Assembly: GCA_963734545.1 (NCBI GenBank)
Contig: CAVTHO010000009.1
Span: 96,001-160,000 of the forward strand
Direction of reading: 5' to 3'
DNA: 64,000 nucleotides
Origin: an uncultured Spirochaetota bacterium
GTDB taxonomy: Bacteria > Spirochaetota > Spirochaetia > SZUA-6 > Fen-1364
Positions within the stretch are counted from its first letter, which is position 1; every line of letters begins with the position of its first letter. The position numbers were made by a program, and so were the translations under genes. Of this stretch, positions 56,963 to 64,000 are shown piece after piece. Under the pieces are notes generated by a model. That model saw nothing but the letters and a program-made list of their open reading frames with translations. It ran no database searches and had not been told where the DNA came from.

Positions 56963-57557
56963 ACATGTCCACCGTGTCCTGCTTCTTCCTTGCCTGCGCA
57001 TAGGCAGCGTCGACCTCTTCGTCCTCGAGATATCTGCGGAGATCCGCCGCCTGCTCGGTGGTGAACACGATCTGGTCGCTGCTGGCAAAGGCTGCGGCGG
57101 TCCGCATGACAAGCGTGATGCGCAGCGCGTCTGCGCCCTCCAGCCGCGCGCTGAAAACGAGCTTGACCTCGCGCGTGCCCTGCGCATCCCATCCCTCGCC
57201 GCGGCGGAACATCTGCGCAAGGTCGATCGTGGTGATCTCACGGGTGATTTCCACGTTGTTGTCCATCGCGAGCCGCGCCCACTCCTGGAACTTCGCAACG
57301 GCTTCACGGAGGGAGGCACGCGCGGGACCTTCCACGATCATCCCGTATCGCGGCGCGGAGCTGCCGAAAAGATTCTGTACGCTGATGGCAATGATCCCCG
57401 GGTTGTCGGCAAAGGCGAGGAATGTGAGGCCCCGCCTGCTGTCCTTGATCTGGCCGTAGACCACCGACTGGCCGGTCGGGACCGGGCTCCAGGGAGGCAG
57501 GCTCGAACAGCCGGCAATCAGAACCAAGAGAAGGACAAAGACGAACGACTTACGCAT
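56955..57557 (-). CDS. Hypothetical lipoprotein
   Basis: MRKSFVFVLLLVLIAGC lipobox; GGGAG RBS. Confidence 0.75.
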   Translation of the reverse strand: MRKSFVFVLLLVLIAGCSSLPPWSPVPTGQSVVYGQIKDSRRGLTFLAFADNPGIIAISVQNLFGSSAPRYGMIVEGPARASLREAVAKFQEWARLAMDNNVEITREITTIDLAQMFRRGEGWDAQGTREVKLVFSARLEGADALRITLVMRTAAAFASSDQIVFTTEQAADLRRYLEDEEVDAAYAQARKKQDTVDMFK

Positions 57558-57560
57558 TGC

Positions 57561-59207
57561 TCACTCCCGCTCCAGCTCGATCTGCTCCAGAATCGCCTCG
57601 CAGGGCCCCCGGCCGGACCATCGGGGCTCGATTGCGGCGATGCCTTGTTCGATGGAGAGCTCGGTGGCTACCGGCTGCGGGGAGCTGCCGGTGGCGGGAG
57701 AGGCCGCTCCGTAGCTCCAGTCCGCAACAGCGCCTTTGCCGTCGTACGCGACGACTTCCAGGCTCACCGAACCCGAAGGACTCGGGACAGCCGCCGGAAT
57801 CACGACTGCCCGCGCTGCCAGCCGGAGCTTCTCTCCCGGCTTGACCGGTATGCGATACCCTGTGCCGAGCGCCCAGTCCCGGGTCCCGCGATGCAGGAGG
57901 TGAACGGCCGTGGGGGCTCCCGCGGCATCATAGTCTATTCGAAGCGTGCCCGCTCCCGGGTCCCGGGTCCACAGCATCCCCCAGTCCTCGATGGGCATGA
58001 TCAGCTTCGGCATCGAGCCTGCATTGAAGCTTTCAAGGGGCACCGGCTCCCGCGCGCTCGTTCCGCTGACCATTTCCAGGCCCAGGGCCTGGAGGCAGCC
58101 GACATCGACGGTACGTCCCTTGAAATGCGCCCTGTCCCGGTAATCCACCATGCCCAATCCCTGGTCGTACTCCCACATCGCCCACCCAATATGCAACACC
58201 TCGAGGCTCGTGCGGACGTCTGAAATCCAGCGCAAACGATCCTCCGCGGGCGCCACCTTCTTGTAGACGCCGAACTCACCGCAGAACACGGGAACGCTGT
58301 GTGAGCTGCCCCAGTCGGCAGCTCGCGAAAGCTCCTTTCGAATCCGGGCCGCGTCCCAGCGCTCCTGGCCATACCAGCGGACCTGCTCGCGCGCTTTCGC
58401 GTCCCGCAGAATGCCGGCCGCCGCCGCAACCGCTTCAGGGCTCGAAGGATACGGGATGCCGGCAAGCTGCTTCTGGATCTCGCCGGTCCACTCGGCGCCC
58501 TGGTGGGTGAAGGTGAAAGGCTCATACCAATGGAAACTGTAGACGACGTTCCCGTCCGCAAGGGGCTTCAGGGCGAGAAGACCATTGATGCCTCCCCATG
58601 ACTCCCCGGTCGCGATGATCGTGCTCTGCGGGGCGCCGCGCCTGATTGCCTCTGCCAGGCGCTCCTGCGCGGGAGGCCACCAGCCGGCGTCTATCTTTTC
58701 CACGGTGGACAGGTGCGGCTCGTTCATGACCTCGAAAAAAACGCGCTCTGTCGAGTAGGCGGCGTATCGGCGCGCAAGGGCTTCCCAGAAGCTTTCGACC
58801 CTGGACCTGAAAGCAGCATCGTGCGCCAGCCTGCTTTCAAAATCGTTGTTCGAGGAGGCGCCGTGAATCGGGTCCACGATCACGGCGAGCCCCGCATCGA
58901 GGGCCATGCGGACGGCTTTGTCCACGTACCGGATGGGGTCCAGAAATGTTTCCGGCACGGCGTCGTTGTAGAGGACTTCGGGCGCAATGGTCAGCCGGAC
59001 GACGCTGATGCCGGTTTCCTTGATCAGGGAGAAGTCGCTCTCCGTGAGCCGGTGTGCGTAGCGTTTCGGGTCGGAGTATGAGGAAAACCAGTTGTCGATA
59101 TTGATGCCGCGTGCAAGGAGCTGCAGCCGGGCAGAGGGAACACCCCCGCTCCAGAGCATTGGCGAGGCGAGAATGGCGAGCACGATCGCAAGAGTAACAC
59201 GCTGCAC
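57561..59207 (-). CDS. Secreted GH5 glycoside hydrolase with C-terminal beta-sandwich (CBM-like)
   Basis: RGINI, VMNEP acid/base, YSFHWYEP, CGEFG nucleophile, GWAMWEY; start uncertain. Confidence 0.88.
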   Translation of the reverse strand: MQRVTLAIVLAILASPMLWSGGVPSARLQLLARGINIDNWFSSYSDPKRYAHRLTESDFSLIKETGISVVRLTIAPEVLYNDAVPETFLDPIRYVDKAVRMALDAGLAVIVDPIHGASSNNDFESRLAHDAAFRSRVESFWEALARRYAAYSTERVFFEVMNEPHLSTVEKIDAGWWPPAQERLAEAIRRGAPQSTIIATGESWGGINGLLALKPLADGNVVYSFHWYEPFTFTHQGAEWTGEIQKQLAGIPYPSSPEAVAAAAGILRDAKAREQVRWYGQERWDAARIRKELSRAADWGSSHSVPVFCGEFGVYKKVAPAEDRLRWISDVRTSLEVLHIGWAMWEYDQGLGMVDYRDRAHFKGRTVDVGCLQALGLEMVSGTSAREPVPLESFNAGSMPKLIMPIEDWGMLWTRDPGAGTLRIDYDAAGAPTAVHLLHRGTRDWALGTGYRIPVKPGEKLRLAARAVVIPAAVPSPSGSVSLEVVAYDGKGAVADWSYGAASPATGSSPQPVATELSIEQGIAAIEPRWSGRGPCEAILEQIELERE

Positions 59208-59302
59208 GGTGACAGGGTATGTCTTCAGACTCGCCCCGGCAAGACCGGTCCGGAAAGTCGGAAAAAACCGGATTCGATTTTCCGTGCTTTCCATTCCGGT
59301 TC

Positions 59303-59311
59303 TGGTATAAT
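59303..59311 (+). promoter_or_regulatory. Extended -10 promoter for the small Cys protein
   Basis: TGGTATAAT, 21 nt upstream of ATG with AGGAG RBS. Confidence 0.55.
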
Positions 59312-59332
59312 TCACAAAGGATAGGAGATTGC

Positions 59333-59539
59333 ATGGGTGACAAGAGCATGTTCTGTGCCTACCATGCAGAATGTCCGTTTTTCAACGTCGCTGACGCATC
59401 CGAGCTCGTGAAAGTGCTGAGGCACCTGATCTGCCTCCGCACGCATACGAAGTGCGAGATCAGGACAGAGCTGCTGTCCGGCAACAAGGTTCCCGCGGAC
59501 GCGCATCCCAACATACGCCTGGCGAAATGGCTCAACTGA
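59333..59539 (+). CDS. Small four-cysteine hypothetical protein (68 aa)
   Basis: C-x5-CPFFN...C-x6-C...KVPADAHPN; own promoter and RBS. Confidence 0.7.
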   Translation: MGDKSMFCAYHAECPFFNVADASELVKVLRHLICLRTHTKCEIRTELLSGNKVPADAHPNIRLAKWLN

Positions 59540-59586
59540 CAAGAGCCGCCGGGCCGGTCATCCCTTCATAAGCGGACGGCACACAC

Positions 59587-60216
59587 CTACAGCGAGCGGC
59601 AGAACCGGACCATCTCCCGAACCGCCTCGGCCATGTTCTGCGCGTACGTGCGGCCTGAGCTCTTGCGCGGCTTGAACGAGTGGTCCCCGTCTTCCAGATA
59701 TGCCACCCGAATCGCGGCAGACAGCGTGTAGCCGGCAATCTCCTCCCGGGTCCCGAGCGTATCCCGGGTGCCCTGAAGGATAAGCGTGGGGGTCTTGAGA
59801 TCCTTCAGGTGCGCCACTCGAAGACTGGCCGGTCTTCCCGCCGGATGAAACGGGTAGCCCAGGCAGACCAGACCTTTCACACCGAGCCCGTCCGCCACCA
59901 TGCTGGCAATCCGTCCACCCATCGACCTTCCGCCAATCACCAGCTCTGACGGCGAGCCGAGCTGATCCACGACGCCGGCCCAGCAATCCTGCAGCACCTT
60001 CGGCGCATCAGGGGCGGTTCTCCTGCCCGTCTTTCGAAACTCCTGCATGTAGGGGAACTCGAACCTGATCACTTGAATGGACTCACCGACCAGCGCGTGC
60101 GCCATTTCTTCCATGGGCGGAGAGTCCATGAGCGACCCGGCTCCGTGCGCAAGAACCACGCGCAGCCAGGGCTTCCCGGCTTCCGGGGTGTCGATCAGCA
60201 AAGGTACAGTACTCAC
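59587..60216 (-). CDS. Alpha/beta hydrolase (KANL3/Tex30-like)
   Basis: LAHGAG, FEFPY, GGRSMGG, LGYPFHP, QGTRD, DGDHS; GGAGGAGG RBS. Confidence 0.88.
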   Translation of the reverse strand: MSTVPLLIDTPEAGKPWLRVVLAHGAGSLMDSPPMEEMAHALVGESIQVIRFEFPYMQEFRKTGRRTAPDAPKVLQDCWAGVVDQLGSPSELVIGGRSMGGRIASMVADGLGVKGLVCLGYPFHPAGRPASLRVAHLKDLKTPTLILQGTRDTLGTREEIAGYTLSAAIRVAYLEDGDHSFKPRKSSGRTYAQNMAEAVREMVRFCRSL

Positions 60217-60280
60217 GCAGCCTCCTCCGCGCCTATGGCCCCGGTGCCCGCAGTCACTTACATTGGACTGGGAAACAGGG

Positions 60281-62245
60281 ATGGCTATTGAAGAATATCG
60301 CCGCAAAAGAGACTTCAGCAAAACACCCGAACCCGAACCGGGAAAGCTGGACGTCGGGGGAAACAGGTTCGTCGTCCACCGGCACGAGGCGCGCAACCTC
60401 CACTATGATCTGCGGATCCAGGCGGGAGGGGTCCTGTCCTCCTGGGCCGTGCCGAAAGGATTCTCATACGATCCGGTGGACAAGAGGCTCGCGGTAAGGA
60501 CCGAGGATCATCCGCTCGAGTACACGAGCTTCGAGGGGGCCATTCCGCGCGGCCAGTACGGCGCCGGTACGATGCGCATCTGGGACGTCGGGGAATACGA
60601 GGTGCGGAAAGCCCCCGACATCCATAGAGCAATCGAGAAGGGAGAAATCAAGCTCGAGCTGCGGGGCCGGCGATTGCGCGGGGAATGGCACATGGTGCGC
60701 ACCAAGGGGGGCGAAGGCAGGGACTGGCTGCTTTTCAAGGCCCGGGATCGCTACGCCGGGTCCGGTAGCGACTTGTTCGGAGGCGCGGACATGAGCCGGG
60801 CAATCCAGAGACCGCCGCTCGGCAGGATTGCCCGAATGGAAGCCTCGCCCTGGCCGCTGCCCTTCGATGACCCGGACTGGCTTTTTGAACCGGCGCTGGC
60901 AGGGAAGCGCGTGCGCGCGTCGATCGACGGCCCTTCGGTCAGCATCCGGGCCGGGGCGGAAGACCTTGCCCCGGAGCTGCCGGCCGTTGTGGCGGATCTG
61001 GGGAAAATACGCGCGGAGACGCTGCTCTTCGATGGTGTTGTCGTCACGGGCGAATCAGCGCCTGTTCTGTACGTCTTTGACGTGCTCTACGCCGAAGAAT
61101 GGGACCTGAGGCAGCTCGCGCTCCGGGAGCGCAAGGCCGTCCTCCGTTCGCTCCTGCCGGACCTGAAATGCGTATTCCGGGTCGACCCGGTGGCCGAGCG
61201 CGGCTCGGCGCTCGCACAGGCAGCCGCCGAATCGGGGCTGTCGGCGATTCTGGCCAAGCGCGCGTCGAGCAGATATCAGGCAGGACTCTCGGAGGACTGG
61301 CGGCACATACCGGTTACCGCGGCAAAGACCCGGAACCAGGCCAGGAAGCCTCCCCGCCCGGCCGAGTTTGCAATAACGAATCCCCGCAAGGTGTACTGGC
61401 CCGAGCAGGGATACACGAAAGGGGACCTGCTGGCCTACTACGAGCTGACCGCGGGCTGGCTCCTCCCTTACCTCAAGGACCGCCCCCTGCACATGTACAG
61501 GTGGCCGGATGGAATACGGGGCAAGTCGTTCTATCAGAAGCAGCTCCCCGAGGGAATTCCCGACTGGATCGAGACGGTGGATGTCGCCAAGGCTGGCGAG
61601 GAGCCGACGCACTACATCGTCTGCAACGACCGAAGGACGCTGCTGACCCTCGTGAACCTCGGGACCATAGACATTCATCCCTGGCTTTCCCGCAGGGGCA
61701 GCCTCGATTCTCCGGACTGGGCGATCCTCGACCTGGACCCCAAGGAGGCTCCATTCTCGAATGTGATCAAGGTGGCGCGCGTCGTCGGCAAGCTCCTGCG
61801 GGGGCTCGGCCTCGAGGCCTACCTGAAGACTTCCGGCTCCACCGGGCTGCACGTCTGCATCCCGTTGAAGCCCGGCTACACCTACGAGCAGAGCCGCATG
61901 TTCTGCGAGGCCGTTGCGCGGCTCGTTGTGCGGGACCATGGTGACATCGCGACCGTGGAGCGCGTCATGAGCCGTCGCGGGGGCCGGGTCTACGTGGATT
62001 TCCTTCAGAACCGAAGGGAGCAGACGGTCGTCCCGCCGTACGTGGTGCGGCCGGTGGAAGCTGCGTCGGTCTCGATGCCGCTCGCCTGGGACGAGCTCGA
62101 AGGGGAGCTGCGCATCGAGGACTTCACGCTGGCCACGGCACCCGCGCGCATCGAGAAGACGGGAGACCTTTTTCGCACTGCCCTCGGCAAGGGGCAGGAT
62201 CTTGCGGGGGCCATCGAAGCCCTGGCGCGTTCCCTCGAGGCCTGA
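60281..62245 (+). CDS. ligD: LigD-like NHEJ protein: phosphoesterase + degenerate ligase + polymerase
   Basis: PE: YRRKRDFSKTPEP, HEARNLHYDLR, EDHPLEY; POL: ITNPRKV, LDLDP, KTSGSTGLH, YVDFLQN; ligase motifs mutated. Confidence 0.9.
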   Translation: MAIEEYRRKRDFSKTPEPEPGKLDVGGNRFVVHRHEARNLHYDLRIQAGGVLSSWAVPKGFSYDPVDKRLAVRTEDHPLEYTSFEGAIPRGQYGAGTMRIWDVGEYEVRKAPDIHRAIEKGEIKLELRGRRLRGEWHMVRTKGGEGRDWLLFKARDRYAGSGSDLFGGADMSRAIQRPPLGRIARMEASPWPLPFDDPDWLFEPALAGKRVRASIDGPSVSIRAGAEDLAPELPAVVADLGKIRAETLLFDGVVVTGESAPVLYVFDVLYAEEWDLRQLALRERKAVLRSLLPDLKCVFRVDPVAERGSALAQAAAESGLSAILAKRASSRYQAGLSEDWRHIPVTAAKTRNQARKPPRPAEFAITNPRKVYWPEQGYTKGDLLAYYELTAGWLLPYLKDRPLHMYRWPDGIRGKSFYQKQLPEGIPDWIETVDVAKAGEEPTHYIVCNDRRTLLTLVNLGTIDIHPWLSRRGSLDSPDWAILDLDPKEAPFSNVIKVARVVGKLLRGLGLEAYLKTSGSTGLHVCIPLKPGYTYEQSRMFCEAVARLVVRDHGDIATVERVMSRRGGRVYVDFLQNRREQTVVPPYVVRPVEAASVSMPLAWDELEGELRIEDFTLATAPARIEKTGDLFRTALGKGQDLAGAIEALARSLEA

Positions 62246-62262
62246 GCCCGGCCCGGACCGGG

Positions 62263-63474
62263 TCAGTCGTCCGGATCGTCCCTCCCCTTGTACCTGATCA
62301 GGGTGAGGTGCATCTCGCTAGGAAACGCTTTGAGGCATTCCGCTCGATGAGGGAGCGCCTTGTCGTGCTGACCCGTGCGGGAGAATATGATTGCGAGATT
62401 GCAGTGCGCATCCGGATAGCGGGGCTCGAGGGACAGCGCGGTCTGGTAGGCATGGATCCCCTCGTCATGCTTGCCAATTGCCACCAGGCAATTGCCCAGA
62501 TTGTTCCACGCCTCCGCGAAACCACGATCGGCATCGATAGCCTGCAGGTAACGCTCCGCCGCGTCCGCCTCGCGTCCCAGCTCGTAGAGAACATTTCCGA
62601 GGTTGAAGAGCGTTTCCGGATCTGGTTCCGCTTCGAGGGCCCGGCGGTACGCATCCGCTGCCCGCTGAAGATCGCCGCGCTCCTCGGCCTCCACCGCCTC
62701 GGAAAACCACCGGCTGTGGCTCTGGTCGCCTTCCGGGAAGATGGACACGCGGGGAGATGTCATCTCCCGCTCCGTGTCGAAATCCATGAGCCTCTGGCCG
62801 CTGGGCTCGGCCCAGCCTCCATCCAGCAGCCGGATGCGCAGCCCGCTGTCATACGCCTCGAGACGCCCGGCAATCTGTTCTCCATCCGGCACCCACTGGG
62901 CGATCTCGGAGAGGCTCTGGCGCAGCAGCGCGGTGGAGACTCCGGATGCCGTCAGCCGGCCGAGGTTGCGCGCAAGCAGGATGTCCTTGAACTCGAACCA
63001 GGCCAGCCGATTGGCCACGCGCGCGGGAGGGAGCAGCCCTCGGCGCATCCAGCTGCGGACCACGGAAAGGGGCTCGTCCACGATGCGGCCCACCTGGGCC
63101 GCGGTGTACATTCGGGAGATATCGCTCAATTCTCCTTCGGCGCCGATCAAGGCCAGGAACTCGGCCTCGTCCACCAGCCGTATGGGTGCCCCCTGTTTCT
63201 TCAGCTCGCGGAAGCGCAGCATGTTGCGCGCAATACCCCCGTCCGGCGTGAAGTGCCCCGTTGCCTGGCCCGCTATGAGAAGCTCCGTGGTGGTCCCTGG
63301 CTCGCGCACGGGGCGGCCGCCGGCCCGGGTGATCCGCTGGACCGCCTCTGCCCTGTCCATGGAGACCAGACGACCGGTGAGCGCCACTTCCCTGCCGGCG
63401 AGCGATTCCTGAGGCGGCACTTTTTCCCTGCGCGGTACCCCGCGCATTTCTTCTTCCGTCACGACGTCAGGCAT
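62263..63474 (-). CDS. BRCT + MerR-type HTH + TPR protein
   Basis: LAGREVALTG...GG...IRLVDEAEFLALIG (BRCT); YTAAQVGRIV...VRSWMRRGLLPP (HTH); LFNLGNVL, AWNNLGNCL, AHCNLA (TPR). Confidence 0.85.
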   Translation of the reverse strand: MPDVVTEEEMRGVPRREKVPPQESLAGREVALTGRLVSMDRAEAVQRITRAGGRPVREPGTTTELLIAGQATGHFTPDGGIARNMLRFRELKKQGAPIRLVDEAEFLALIGAEGELSDISRMYTAAQVGRIVDEPLSVVRSWMRRGLLPPARVANRLAWFEFKDILLARNLGRLTASGVSTALLRQSLSEIAQWVPDGEQIAGRLEAYDSGLRIRLLDGGWAEPSGQRLMDFDTEREMTSPRVSIFPEGDQSHSRWFSEAVEAEERGDLQRAADAYRRALEAEPDPETLFNLGNVLYELGREADAAERYLQAIDADRGFAEAWNNLGNCLVAIGKHDEGIHAYQTALSLEPRYPDAHCNLAIIFSRTGQHDKALPHRAECLKAFPSEMHLTLIRYKGRDDPDD

Positions 63475-64000
63475 CCAGAAGCCCCTCGAACACGGGTGCG
63501 CGAAGCAATCCCGCTGAGGTGAGCTCAGCGAAGCTTACCGCGCAGAACAGGCCCGGCTCAACCCACCTCGCGCGTTCAGGGCAGGACACGAGCGGCGTGT
63601 CTCTCGGCCGCTGTCTCAGGAGCGTGTTGATCCTTTCGCGGACCCCTTCGGTGAAGCCGCCCCCCACTCTCCCGACATAGCGAAGCGCACCTTCCTGCTC
63701 TCCGGGAAGGCCGTTGCTCGCCACGAGCAGGCTCTGGAAGTCATCGCCATCCTTCTCGATATATCCGATGATGGCAACGTGGACCTGGAGCCGCCGCTTG
63801 AACTTCACCCAGGCGCCGTTGCGCTTTCCCGCCGCGTATGTGCTGGAGAGGCGCTTTGCCACGACTCCTTCAAGGCCCTGCTCGCAGGCCATCCGGTACA
63901 GCATCTTTCCTTTGGCGCGGACCCCTTCTGAAAGAATCACGCCCGGACACGGGGAATCCTTCATGATCTCTTCGAGGACCCCGCGCCTTTCGGAGAACGG
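63467..64000 (-). CDS. Stand-alone ATP-dependent DNA ligase, C-terminal part (runs off right edge)
   Basis: GLEGVVAKRLSSTY, WVKFK, OB domain YVGRVGGGF...WVEP...LRAPVFEGL; frame open to window end. Confidence 0.88.
   Translation of the reverse strand, partial: PFSERRGVLEEIMKDSPCPGVILSEGVRAKGKMLYRMACEQGLEGVVAKRLSSTYAAGKRNGAWVKFKRRLQVHVAIIGYIEKDGDDFQSLLVASNGLPGEQEGALRYVGRVGGGFTEGVRERINTLLRQRPRDTPLVSCPERARWVEPGLFCAVSFAELTSAGLLRAPVFEGLLDA

Noticed and set aside
59230-59300. c-di-GMP or other riboswitch
   Set aside because: An imperfect inverted repeat only, with no conserved aptamer motifs recognised.

Overview
High-GC chromosomal window, most likely from an uncultured Spirochaetia (RpoB/RpoC and SPOR-protein signatures; inferred, not searched). 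Many single-base indels in conserved genes point to an unpolished long-read assembly. Left (1-20 kb, minus strand): rpoC(partial)-rpoB-rplL-rplJ-rplA-rplK-nusG-secE-tRNA-Trp-rpmG-tRNA-Thr, then a co-directional run headed by a LoaP-like NusG paralog (loaP-pglF-like-degT-dnaE-hom-PHP-yggT-recG-rsmD). Middle: SPOR protein, ligA, BMP nucleoside-type ABC importer, MFS, bioY, FGGY kinase, a LolCDE/LolA-like export cluster, GH29 fucosidase, heavily frameshifted PFOR and an RfaE-like kinase. Right: an unassigned biosynthetic cluster (DUF819, class III aminotransferase, SDR, MDR dehydrogenase, acyltransferase, atypical PTPS/QueD-like protein, GT4, methyltransferases, GT1, MFS), a GH5 and an unusual NHEJ-like locus. 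In that locus LigD keeps its phosphoesterase and polymerase sites but has lost most ligase catalytic motifs, and it faces a stand-alone ATP-dependent ligase coupled to a BRCT-MerR(HTH)-TPR protein; this is the best candidate for an undescribed system. A dispersed 16-bp palindrome family and composite REP/MITE-like elements are also present. No CRISPR array, rRNA or transposase was seen.
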